A DNA stretch of 64,000 nt from a virus. The stretch covers positions 1 through 64,000 of the IMG/VR virus record IMGVR_UViG_3300027747_001390; one strand, 5' to 3'. Both the position numbers and the translations under genes were made by a program. Below the pieces are notes generated by a model, which worked only from the letters and a program-made list of their open reading frames with translations, did no database searches and was not told the DNA's origin. Of the stretch, positions 1-9,047 are shown piece after piece. Every line of letters starts with the position of its first letter. The first letter of the stretch is position 1.

Positions 1-2
1 CT

Positions 3-1517
3 GAGAGTGCCGGTAAGCTTGCCGCCTCTGTTACCAAAGCCGCCAAGCAGATGGGCGTAGACATGGCGATCGTCCAGATTGATGGCTCCACAGACGGCTC
101 GCACGTCGGTGCTTTTCAGGACGCTGGCTACTCGTACTCGCTCAGTAACGACGCCACTCAAGTCACGCTGACTAAGGACATCCCCAAGTCCAGTTCTCGC
201 CGCTCCTACGAAGAACTGATGAGGTTCTACGAGAGCCGTGGCTTCTGCCCCACAGGTCAAGGCAACGGCATCGACAACTCGTGCGGCGCGAAGGTGATGA
301 TGGCTCCAGACAGGGACGGTGGCGGCGGAAAAGCTCTCGACGCCAACGACCCGGTCGCCGTCAAGGCGTTCATGGAGAAGATGGCACGCGAGACTGGCAT
401 GGACATCACTGGGAGGCCGGTTGCACAAAAAAGCGTGAACACCGCAGTCGGAGGAAAAGCCGCAACTGCCCCGTCAGATGCACCTAAGTCTCTGGAGCAG
501 CAAAGGCTTGAGGCTGCTGGCTTATGGGATGACAAGATCGATCCTGCCGTTAATGCTCCGTATGACGACATGGGCCACGGCGGTTACGTGCCTGACCTTC
601 AAAGAGAAGTGACAATTCCGGGCACGAATCAGAAAACAAAGATCAACGTGGACGACCCTGATCAAGTCAAGGAATACATAACGCTGGCTGCGAAGACTGC
701 TGGTCAGACCACGGATGAGTTTATGAAAAGCCAGCGTTTCGGCGGGACGCTCATGAAGCTAACGCCTCACGATAAGGTCAAGCTGTTCGGAGGAGCGAAC
801 CATCAATACGCTCACAAGGGTAGCAGGAGCGGCGGATGGGGGAATAAAGAATACGACGAAGCCGCAAAAAGAATTGGATCAACTCTTCGTGCGGCAGGAG
901 TTGACCCGCAGAAATTATCTCACGCCGTGCGAGAGTACGCGAAGGCCAACAAGCTTGACCCAAAGAACGAGATGTACTCAGGGCTGAGGACTTACCAGCG
1001 AGACCCGCGAGAGTTTATGCAGTGGGCGTATAAGCGACTTGACCATTATGGTCAGGGCTATAGGTCTAACTACGAAGAACTGATGAAGTTCTTCGAGAGC
1101 CGTGGCTTCTGCCCTACGGGAGAGGACGGCGGCGTCGACAACTCGTGCGGCGGCGGCAAGTACATGGAGTGGAGCAAGGGCAAGGACAAGGAAGCTCAAG
1201 ACTTCATCGACAAGGCTCGCCAAGATCAACTCTCGAAGGGCGGCAAGGACGGAGGCAAGTCTGACGAGGGCGGTGGCGTCCAGACGTGGAGCAAGGGCGA
1301 TCACTTCCCGTGGACTGTCAAGCAAGTCGGCGACAAGGACGGCCACGTTCAGGGTCAGCACCCGGACGGCAGCAAGACCGAGAAGTACCCGTTCAAGGAC
1401 GGCAAGACGTCCGACGCTCTGAAGAAAGTCTCTGACGAGATCAAGCGTCGCAAAGACTCACGTGCCGATCGGGTTGTCGCTGACACTCTCAAGTTCCTCA
1501 TGGATCGACGTGCATGA
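3..1517 (+). CDS. Head-region modular protein, 5'-truncated; two C-x11-C tag repeats; possibly the C-terminal extension of the prohead protease or a minor head protein
   Basis: Frame is open from nt 3, upstream of the called ATG at 51. YEELMxFxESRGFCPTGxxxG(I/V)DNSCG occurs twice. Lies upstream of the MCP. Confidence 0.75.
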   Translation, partial: ESAGKLAASVTKAAKQMGVDMAIVQIDGSTDGSHVGAFQDAGYSYSLSNDATQVTLTKDIPKSSSRRSYEELMRFYESRGFCPTGQGNGIDNSCGAKVMMAPDRDGGGGKALDANDPVAVKAFMEKMARETGMDITGRPVAQKSVNTAVGGKAATAPSDAPKSLEQQRLEAAGLWDDKIDPAVNAPYDDMGHGGYVPDLQREVTIPGTNQKTKINVDDPDQVKEYITLAAKTAGQTTDEFMKSQRFGGTLMKLTPHDKVKLFGGANHQYAHKGSRSGGWGNKEYDEAAKRIGSTLRAAGVDPQKLSHAVREYAKANKLDPKNEMYSGLRTYQRDPREFMQWAYKRLDHYGQGYRSNYEELMKFFESRGFCPTGEDGGVDNSCGGGKYMEWSKGKDKEAQDFIDKARQDQLSKGGKDGGKSDEGGGVQTWSKGDHFPWTVKQVGDKDGHVQGQHPDGSKTEKYPFKDGKTSDALKKVSDEIKRRKDSRADRVVADTLKFLMDRRA

Positions 1518-4500
1518 ACGCGGCACGTTACGCGTCGCTGATTGCGTTTGCTCAGGCTCGCGGATTCTGTCCGACTGGTCTCGGCAACGGCATCGACAAC
1601 TCTTGCGGCGCGAAAGTAATGTCCGCGCCGGATGGGGGCGGTGGCGGTGGCAGCACAATTGGTGGGTCTGCGGCGAGCTACGCGATCGTTTCCGACGCGA
1701 TAACTCAGTCGATTCCAGAAGCGGACCGCAACGCCGTTAGGCTTGGATCACAGAGGGCGATATTCGGACGCGATCAGCTTGAGAATGGCATTCCATTCAA
1801 ATCGACAACCAAGGTTGCTGACCTTCAGATCAGGCGTCCCGAGGAGTTGCTTGAACGTGCTAAGTCTTACGGAATTAAGAATCCGTCAGACATTGCCGTG
1901 ATTGGCTGCGGCACTATCCCTGACTCGAAGGTTGTGATGGTGCCTCGCATTGGCGGCATAGAAGTGAAAAGCACTATTCCTTTCGGAGACGATCCTCTTT
2001 CTACGGCTACTGTCGAAGCTGGCTTCAACGGCGAGCCTGACTCGGCTGTCAAGTACGGATACTTCCAACTGACTTCCCAAGCAAGAGAGAAGATTAACAG
2101 CGGAAGCATCAGCTTGAATCTTGTTTCGGCGACTATCATGTCAGCCATGTCTCAATCGCTTGAGGCAGCAGAGAAGAACGGATTGTCCAAGGCTGTCACG
2201 AACGCCGCCGGAAACGGCATCGGTCGTTTTGTGAGTGGACCAAGCGATGCCTTGCAGGGATATCGCCTGTGGCCGAAATTCGGGTTTGATGCCGACGTTG
2301 GCTCGATGATCACGGAGCGTTTCCTGAACGCCGTGAACGAATCGACAGGAAAGAAATTCAGCGACGGACTACCCCCGGCGGCGAAAGTACATCTTGGTCG
2401 TCATGGAACTCTCCGCGTACAGCACATCATCGAGACAAAGCAGGGCGAGGAGTGGTGGAATAAGAACGGCTCTGGCACCGTGATGACTCTCGACTTCTCG
2501 GACAAGTCGAGCCTCGGCTATCGGCGTTACACAGAGATGCTGTCGTGGGGAAAGAAGATGGCGGCGAGACTTGATAGGCAAGGACGGTCTGCCTTCGAGT
2601 TCTGGCTTTGGGCTTCGGAAGAGACTGGAATGCCGGAGTTCCGTAACTGCGAGATCGCGTTGTTCCCCGAGCAACGCGTCTTCTGTGCAACCGGAGTCGG
2701 CGGAGGGGTGAAGAACGACTGCGGCCCCGGCCAGACCGAGAGGTCATTCCCTGAAGGCTCGCAGAACCTACGAGACGCCGTCGATTCAGTATCCCCCGAT
2801 CCGGAGAAAGTCTGGGATCGCTCGAAGGGCTTGGCTGAGACTCCTGCACCTAAGCAGATGGACGACATCGCCAACGAGCAGACCAGCCACTCAGGTGCCC
2901 CTCTCACGCCAGAGGCAGAGGCGTCATACGGATCACTCGTCGATGAGATCGGCAGGCAGTACGAGGCACTCACTGCCGCCGGGCTGAAGGCCAGAGCGTG
3001 GCGTGGAGAGGGCGAGCCATACGGCGATCCGCCGGGCAGCACGAAACCCAACTCGGACAAGATGCGTCAAGAGGTCGCCAAGACTGGCGAGTTCTCTTTC
3101 TTCATGACCGACAAGGGGTTCGGCACGGGCGATGCTACGCCCAACCACCCGATGCTTCGCGAGACGAAGTACAAGACTGCCGACGGCGAGCCGATGATCG
3201 CCAACGACTTGTTCCGGGTCGTCCACGACATGGTCGCACACGTGCGAGGCGGCTACTCGTTCTCTACGAATGGCGAGTACAACGGAATGCTGACGCACGC
3301 GTCTACACTTCCAGAAGCGGCGTGGCCTGCCCTGTTCGCTGAGACGTTCGGCCAGAACGCCGTCTACGAGAAGACGAAGAACTACGCGCCGCAGAACGCC
3401 TACGCCTCGAAGGTCGGCCCAGAGATCATCCGCAGCGAACTGAAGAAGCAGTCTAAGAGCAGTCGAGCAGCAAAGGCTGAAAGTGACGAGCCGCTTGGCT
3501 ACCAGCACATCAAGTCGAGGCCTTGGCTACTCAAGTCGCTTGTCGAGAAGCGAGGCTTCTGTGCAAACGGCCCCGGCGGCGGCGTAACGAACACGTGCGG
3601 AAAGGGCGTTGGCATAAACGACTCTGATCAAGACTTTACCGGCCAGATTCTCTCTGGCGAGAAGACTATCGAGACTCGCCCGTCGAACTCGCTCAAGTCA
3701 TTCATCGGCAAGACAGTTGGAATCGTTCGCACTGGCAAGGGCAAGGCCACGCTCGTCGGCGTGATGAAAATTGGTGAGCCGAAGTTCTACAAGACGCAGG
3801 AGGAGTTCGACGCCGACTTCGACAAGCACAGGGTTGGAAAAGACTCTAAGCACTACATCGGCCCGGAAGGAAAGTACGGATACCCTCTGTCTGAGGTTAA
3901 GCCTACCGTCCCATTGCCGCTCGACACAAAGCATTACGTTGCGAGAGTTATTCCAACGTCGGTTCAGTTGCGAGAGCTTGCGATCTGGTTCGACCTTAGC
4001 GGCGTCGAGATTCGCGGCGACGCTCCCGCCCCAAAGAAGGACAAGATCAAAGGCAGCGACGTCAACGACGAAGGCTCCGCTAAGAACAAGTCTGGCGACA
4101 TCTCGCTGAACGAGAGCATCGTCGCCTCGCTGAAGTCGAAGGCCGAAGAACACAACGCTGCGATGCGAAAGGCCAAGAAGCCGTCGTGGACTCACGTCAG
4201 CCTGCCCGCACTGAAGGCAGTCTATCGTCGAGGTGCTGGTGCTTTCTCGACGAGCCATCGTCCGGGCATGACTCGCGACCGATGGGCATTGGCGAGGGTA
4301 AATGCGTTCCTAACCTTGGCCCGGAGAGGCAGGCCAGAGAACGCGAAGTACACGACCGACAACGACCTTCTCCACTCCAGTCATCCGAAGCACAGCACGC
4401 AGGCTCGTGCCTTTTGCCCTAGAGGCGAAGGCAACGGTATCGACAACTCGTGCGGCGCGAAGACTATGTCCGCGCCGGATAAAGATGGCGGCGGCGGTGC

Positions 4501-6118
4501 CATGCCCAGCAAGGTTTCTCCGGGCTCATCGCAGTGGGGTGAGAACGAAAAAGAAATCGGACGCGGAGAAGACACGGTCTTCTTCCGTCCGGAAGAGCCT
4601 ATGTTCGACGGTGCTGATCGGCTTGGGGTGATCACGATCAAAGACCCAGACGCCACCAAAGCTGCGCTCAAGTCTCTTGGCATGTCCGTTGCTGACGCAA
4701 TCGCCGCCTCTGGCGTGTGCCTAGACTCCATAGGGCGTCTTGGCATTTCGCCCCCCCGCGTGACGATCTCGCCAAACTACGGCAACGAGTCTGATCCGCT
4801 TGGAACAAGGGTTGCCCTGTTCCATGTTTGGTGGAGTTCTGCTGCGACTCAGGGAGATGACAACGACGATTCTCCGCCGTCGGTCGTGGGCGGCGAGAGG
4901 TCTTTCTACAGATCGACAGACGGAAGTGGCTTCTCGATCGTAGCTCAAACATTTCATATCAACTTGCGATACCGAGGAAAGGGAATCGCACTTGAGATGA
5001 TGGAGAACATGATCAACTCTGGCGCAACAGAGATCGTCATGAGGGAGGCTTCAAGGGATGACGCCGGAGGAAACTCAAGGTACGCTCTGACCGGATATTC
5101 CGAGTGGCCCAAGTACGGATACGACTGCCCGCGATCGGAGTTGCGGAGGGCAGCGCAGAGGCGCGGCCGAGAGGTTCCGCCCGAGTACAGTCGCGCTCGC
5201 AGTCTCCTTGACGTCTACGCGACGCCGGGAGGCCGCGAGTGGTGGAAGGAGTCTGGAGACTCTGTGCCGCTTCGCTTTGACTGCACCCCCGGCAGCAGAA
5301 GCATGCAAGTCTTCGATGCGTACCGCACCGCTGCGAGAGCGAAGCACGATCGTCGCAGCCAGATCGAAGCCCGCCCGGCTGAGGACGCTTCGGACTGCGA
5401 CTTCGATCCGGTGCTTGACAAAGTGTGGGATGAGATCGAGAAGGCTGGGAAGTTGCCGGGCAAAGTGGCGACCGAGTCCCGCTCCGCCGACTGCGGTCGC
5501 GAAGACGACGGCCGCTTCGCCTCCGGCAACAAGTGCGGCGGCTCTGTCGATATGCCGAAGGAAGACCCTCGTGGCAGGATGCGGTACGACAACGGTGTGC
5601 AGACAGACGCAGCCCGGAAGCTCTACCAGATGGGATCGTCAGAGAAGAGACTCAAGAGTCTCGTTGACGTGATGGGCGGCGATCCGAAAAGCACGCGAGT
5701 CGACATCAACCCGCCAAGCCTGAACATCTCCGTCGCCGACAAGGATGGAAATAAACTATTCCACGTCGATCTTGAGAACGGTAGAGCGAGGCTCTACCCC
5801 GCCAAAGACTTGACCCCAGCCGAGGCTGCAAAGATCAAGGAAGCGGCTGGTGCAGCGTTTGGCGGACGTCAGTCTGACACTACAATTAAGGTCTTCGGCA
5901 AGGCTGAAGACATGAAGAAGTGGGAAACTGAGAACGCTGCCAAACTCCAGAAGTCGGAAGACAAGTACAAGTTCTCGACGCTTCTCCCGCCGCACCAGAG
6001 GCCGAAGAAATGGGAGCGGTCGATCGACGCCCGCCACGCCAGCCTCCTCGCCTTCGCCGAGTCTCGCGACTGCGGGCAAGAGAAGGACGGCAAGTTCTCG
6101 AAGGGCAACACGTGCGCG
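240..6118 (+). repeat. Eight dispersed coding repeats of the Cys-pair tag (near 240, 1104, 1562, 2678, 3554, 4409, 5492, 6071)
   Basis: FC(P/A)xGxxxG(I/V)xNxCG six times and DCGxExDG(R/K)FxxGNxC twice, each preceded by (E/Q)xR. Confidence 0.9.
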
Positions 6119-6778
6119 GGTGGCATCGCTGCCGACGCCGCAAAAGGGGCTGCGACCGGGGCTGTGTTCGGTGCCGTCTCTGGCCTTGCTAAGACGTTCC
6201 TTCCACAAGGTGCCGCGTCAGGGGCAGCGGCTGGTGCTGTCGCCGGTGCAGTCAAGGGAATCTACGACAACCAAATGCGTCCGACTCGTGTCTCTGCTCG
6301 AATCGAGAGAGTTGGCATGACAGACAAGAGCGTCGCTGCCCTCGTGAAAGGCCTCGGAGGCACGAGCAAGTCTCTTGCTTCAACCAACGGACGATCCGGC
6401 CTTACTCTGACGATCCGGGCGAAGGGCGGAAAAGTCTCGCACGTCGTGGACGTCACCGACAAGAAGGTCTTGATCTATCCAGTTTCCGGTCGCAAAGAGA
6501 TGACCGACGACCAGATCGCGAAGATCAAAACAATCGCGTCAGAGAACGCTCCGAAAGAGACGACCGTCGTCGTGAAAACTAACTCACTCAGCTACGCGTC
6601 TCGGCTTGCCAAAAAGGGCTTCGCCGTTGCTGCCAAGGAGGCTGGCGTTTTGACTGCAACCGCCATCGCGTCTGCATACGCACCGGCTGTTCCAGACTTT
6701 GTTCTGGGAGTCACAGACCTCGTTTTAGATACGCATTTCACTGACTCTTTCTATAGGAAGCCAGATGCAAAGCGGTGA
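1514..6778 (+). CDS. 1754-aa polyvalent head-region protein: six Cys-pair tags separating two GNAT-like, HDxxxH, ASCH-like, DUF5824-like and glycine-zipper modules
   Basis: Long ORF coupled to the previous gene by an ATGA overlap; tags and domain motifs read from the translation. Confidence 0.8.
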   Translation: MNAARYASLIAFAQARGFCPTGLGNGIDNSCGAKVMSAPDGGGGGGSTIGGSAASYAIVSDAITQSIPEADRNAVRLGSQRAIFGRDQLENGIPFKSTTKVADLQIRRPEELLERAKSYGIKNPSDIAVIGCGTIPDSKVVMVPRIGGIEVKSTIPFGDDPLSTATVEAGFNGEPDSAVKYGYFQLTSQAREKINSGSISLNLVSATIMSAMSQSLEAAEKNGLSKAVTNAAGNGIGRFVSGPSDALQGYRLWPKFGFDADVGSMITERFLNAVNESTGKKFSDGLPPAAKVHLGRHGTLRVQHIIETKQGEEWWNKNGSGTVMTLDFSDKSSLGYRRYTEMLSWGKKMAARLDRQGRSAFEFWLWASEETGMPEFRNCEIALFPEQRVFCATGVGGGVKNDCGPGQTERSFPEGSQNLRDAVDSVSPDPEKVWDRSKGLAETPAPKQMDDIANEQTSHSGAPLTPEAEASYGSLVDEIGRQYEALTAAGLKARAWRGEGEPYGDPPGSTKPNSDKMRQEVAKTGEFSFFMTDKGFGTGDATPNHPMLRETKYKTADGEPMIANDLFRVVHDMVAHVRGGYSFSTNGEYNGMLTHASTLPEAAWPALFAETFGQNAVYEKTKNYAPQNAYASKVGPEIIRSELKKQSKSSRAAKAESDEPLGYQHIKSRPWLLKSLVEKRGFCANGPGGGVTNTCGKGVGINDSDQDFTGQILSGEKTIETRPSNSLKSFIGKTVGIVRTGKGKATLVGVMKIGEPKFYKTQEEFDADFDKHRVGKDSKHYIGPEGKYGYPLSEVKPTVPLPLDTKHYVARVIPTSVQLRELAIWFDLSGVEIRGDAPAPKKDKIKGSDVNDEGSAKNKSGDISLNESIVASLKSKAEEHNAAMRKAKKPSWTHVSLPALKAVYRRGAGAFSTSHRPGMTRDRWALARVNAFLTLARRGRPENAKYTTDNDLLHSSHPKHSTQARAFCPRGEGNGIDNSCGAKTMSAPDKDGGGGAMPSKVSPGSSQWGENEKEIGRGEDTVFFRPEEPMFDGADRLGVITIKDPDATKAALKSLGMSVADAIAASGVCLDSIGRLGISPPRVTISPNYGNESDPLGTRVALFHVWWSSAATQGDDNDDSPPSVVGGERSFYRSTDGSGFSIVAQTFHINLRYRGKGIALEMMENMINSGATEIVMREASRDDAGGNSRYALTGYSEWPKYGYDCPRSELRRAAQRRGREVPPEYSRARSLLDVYATPGGREWWKESGDSVPLRFDCTPGSRSMQVFDAYRTAARAKHDRRSQIEARPAEDASDCDFDPVLDKVWDEIEKAGKLPGKVATESRSADCGREDDGRFASGNKCGGSVDMPKEDPRGRMRYDNGVQTDAARKLYQMGSSEKRLKSLVDVMGGDPKSTRVDINPPSLNISVADKDGNKLFHVDLENGRARLYPAKDLTPAEAAKIKEAAGAAFGGRQSDTTIKVFGKAEDMKKWETENAAKLQKSEDKYKFSTLLPPHQRPKKWERSIDARHASLLAFAESRDCGQEKDGKFSKGNTCAGGIAADAAKGAATGAVFGAVSGLAKTFLPQGAASGAAAGAVAGAVKGIYDNQMRPTRVSARIERVGMTDKSVAALVKGLGGTSKSLASTNGRSGLTLTIRAKGGKVSHVVDVTDKKVLIYPVSGRKEMTDDQIAKIKTIASENAPKETTVVVKTNSLSYASRLAKKGFAVAAKEAGVLTATAIASAYAPAVPDFVLGVTDLVLDTHFTDSFYRKPDAKR

Positions 6779-6950
6779 TAAGTGCCCGTGCAGTGGATGC
6801 AGCGGACGGATGATCACTCGAAGCAGTCGCCAAAGCGGCGATCTTCAGGTGAGGTATCTCCGCTGCCAAGTCTGCGGTCGTCAGGACCGCTGTATCGTCT
6901 CTGCAAACGACGTGCGATCCATTTGCTGGCGTCGCACCAGTCCAAAATAG
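6765..6950 (+). CDS. Ogr/Delta-like zinc-finger protein, putative late transcription activator
   Basis: CPCSGC...RSSR...VRYLRCQVCG, 61 aa, directly before the MCP. Confidence 0.6.
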   Translation: MQSGDKCPCSGCSGRMITRSSRQSGDLQVRYLRCQVCGRQDRCIVSANDVRSICWRRTSPK

Positions 6951-7008
6951 TGTTGTTTCATACAACACTTTCTTTGACCCTCTTCTTCGGGTCATTCGTT
7001 CTTTGACC
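6950..7008. promoter_or_regulatory. Inverted and direct repeats upstream of the MCP gene
   Basis: GTGTTGT-N5-ACAACAC (6950-6968); TTCTTTGACC twice; TGACCC/GGGTCA hairpin. Confidence 0.4.
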
Positions 7009-7075
7009 GTAGTTTGAACGTGTCGCCACGCATCGCGTGGCCGCATCGTCAAACCACTAGCAAGGAACACGAAGC

Positions 7076-8539
7076 ATGGAAGCCTCGGCCAAAGTCAAGA
7101 AGCTCCTCGACGAACTCGCCGCCGTCCTCGCAGAGATGGGCGCGGTTCAGGAGACCGACACCGAGACCGCTGACCAGAACGAGGACATGGCCGAGCAGAA
7201 CGGTATGCCACCCGCCGCCGCTGACGACGAAGCGGCAGACCAAGTCGAGGACACTCAGGAGGTCGAAGGCGAGAAGCAGAAGAAACTTCGCTGCCTGTGC
7301 GAGCGTGCTGAGAAGCTCCGCGACCAGATCACCTTCTACGAGAACGTCGCTGCCAAGGAGCTTGAACTCCGAGCGGTTCTCGACAAGTCCACCCCCGCCA
7401 AGATCGAAACTCGCAACTCCAAGGAGAGTACAGTGAAGATTTCCCCTATCGCCCTTGCGGGCGCAGGCCGACTCAAGAATTTCAAGGGTCCGAATGCCGA
7501 AGAGCGGGCCTACCGCGCTGGTCAATTCTTCCGGGCCACGCTCCTGAAGGACACCGAGGCTCAGCGGTGGTGCAACGACCACGGCGTGACCGAGTCGCGT
7601 GCCCTCAACGAAGGCGTCAACGCTCAGGGCGGCATCTTCGTCAACGAGGAAATCCTCAACGAGATCATCGTCCTCGTCGAAGAGTTCGGTGCGTTCCCGG
7701 CCAATGCCCGCAACCTCCAGATGAAGTCTGACACCCTCATCGTGCCTCGCAGGGTTGGAGGTCTCAAAGCGTATTTTGTCGGAGAAAATACGAGCGTGAG
7801 CGAATCCGACGCCAGTTGGGACCGTGTCCAGCTTGTCGCCAAGAAGGCTGCGGTTGCGAGTCGCATCTCTTCGGAGATTTTGGAAGACTCGTCCGTCCTG
7901 AACCTCGCCGATTATCTGACGGGTGAAGTGTCGAGGGCCATCGCGGAACTCATCGACGTGTGTTCGTTCGTGGGGACTGGCAGCGGCGACCACGGCGGTA
8001 TCGTCGGTGTGGTCAACAAGATCACCGACGGCACTCATGCCGCTGGCGTGATCACGGCTGGCAGCGGCGAGACCGGGGCGCAGTCGCTGACCCTGAACTC
8101 GCTGATCGCTGCGGCTGGTCGTCTCCCGCTGTACGCGAGGGCCAACGCCAAGTGGTACGTGAACCCCGCCGTCTTCGCGGCCAGCGTTCAGCGTCTGGGT
8201 CTCGTCAACAACGTCGGCATCGCTGGCGGCAACACGCCCGCGACCCTGTCGGCGGGAACCGAGATGCGACTTCTCGGATATCCAATTGTTTTCGTGCATA
8301 CACTTTCCAACAACGTGTCGGCTGACCCCGGCGTCGTGAAGTTCCTCTTCGGCGACCTGTCGCTGAGTTCCTTCTACGCGACCCGTCGCGGCCTGACCAT
8401 CAAGCAGTCCACCGAGCGTTATGCGGAACTCGATCAGACGCTGCTCGTCAGCACGATGCGGTTCGACGCGGTCACCCACGACTGCGGTGACGCGAACCGT
8501 GCCGGTCCGATCGTTGCTCTCAAGACTGCGGCCTCCTGA
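7076..8539 (+). CDS. Major capsid protein, HK97 family, with N-terminal scaffold/delta region
   Basis: Acidic coiled-coil N-terminus; ESR|ALNEG...GGIFV; AYFVGE; LLGYPIV; FGDLS; RFD. Confidence 0.92.
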   Translation: MEASAKVKKLLDELAAVLAEMGAVQETDTETADQNEDMAEQNGMPPAAADDEAADQVEDTQEVEGEKQKKLRCLCERAEKLRDQITFYENVAAKELELRAVLDKSTPAKIETRNSKESTVKISPIALAGAGRLKNFKGPNAEERAYRAGQFFRATLLKDTEAQRWCNDHGVTESRALNEGVNAQGGIFVNEEILNEIIVLVEEFGAFPANARNLQMKSDTLIVPRRVGGLKAYFVGENTSVSESDASWDRVQLVAKKAAVASRISSEILEDSSVLNLADYLTGEVSRAIAELIDVCSFVGTGSGDHGGIVGVVNKITDGTHAAGVITAGSGETGAQSLTLNSLIAAAGRLPLYARANAKWYVNPAVFAASVQRLGLVNNVGIAGGNTPATLSAGTEMRLLGYPIVFVHTLSNNVSADPGVVKFLFGDLSLSSFYATRRGLTIKQSTERYAELDQTLLVSTMRFDAVTHDCGDANRAGPIVALKTAAS

Positions 8540-8588
8540 TAGTACGGAAACACTTGCCCCTCTCAACTCCCTTAACAAGGACTAGAAC

Positions 8589-9047
8589 GTGAATCACATT
8601 GAAGGTACGAAGACGGTTGCGAAGGTTTCCGTGGCGGTCGCCACGAGCGGCACTCACTCGCATGAGATCGACACTCTCGGTGCCGACTACGCGAGCATCG
8701 ACGTGGTGTTCAGCCAGTTCACGGCTGCGACCACGAGCTACGCCAGCATCCTGAAGCTCCAGCAGTCGGACTCGTCTGGCAGCGGTCAGGCTGACGTCAG
8801 CGGCTACACCATCACCGCCGGTGCTGGCGCGACGACTGGCGGCACGGGTGCTGTGGCACGGTTCAACGTCGATATGCGTGGGAAGAAGCGTTACTTGACG
8901 GTCGTCGCGACCCCCGGCAACGCAGCCACGATCTCGACCGTTGCTCGCCTGAGCAAGACGGAAGATATGCCGATCACCGCTGCCGCGATGGGTGTCAACG
9001 ACCTCGTCCCGTCGGTCACGATCAACAAGCAGTTCCAGACCTACTAG
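8589..9047 (+). CDS. Ser/Thr/Ala-rich virion protein, possible capsid decoration protein
   Basis: Position after MCP; AAGGA RBS; KKRYL motif. Confidence 0.55.
   Translation: MNHIEGTKTVAKVSVAVATSGTHSHEIDTLGADYASIDVVFSQFTAATTSYASILKLQQSDSSGSGQADVSGYTITAGAGATTGGTGAVARFNVDMRGKKRYLTVVATPGNAATISTVARLSKTEDMPITAAAMGVNDLVPSVTINKQFQTY

Noticed and set aside
2053-5122. GTACGGATAC copies inside coding sequence (2053, 3874, 5113; also 44699, 48656)
   Set aside because: Explicable by codons (KYGY, GTDT), so not counted as junction sites, although function is not excluded
240-6118. Cys...Asn-x-Cys tags as inteins or self-splicing elements
   Set aside because: Only 13-15 aa long, no Hint domain, and Asn is not adjacent to the downstream Cys
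7049-8578. Long minus-strand ORFs (7049..8578, 48352..49851, 46305..47390, 31959..32852 and others)
   Set aside because: Antisense shadows of well-supported + strand genes in GC-rich DNA; no recognisable motifs
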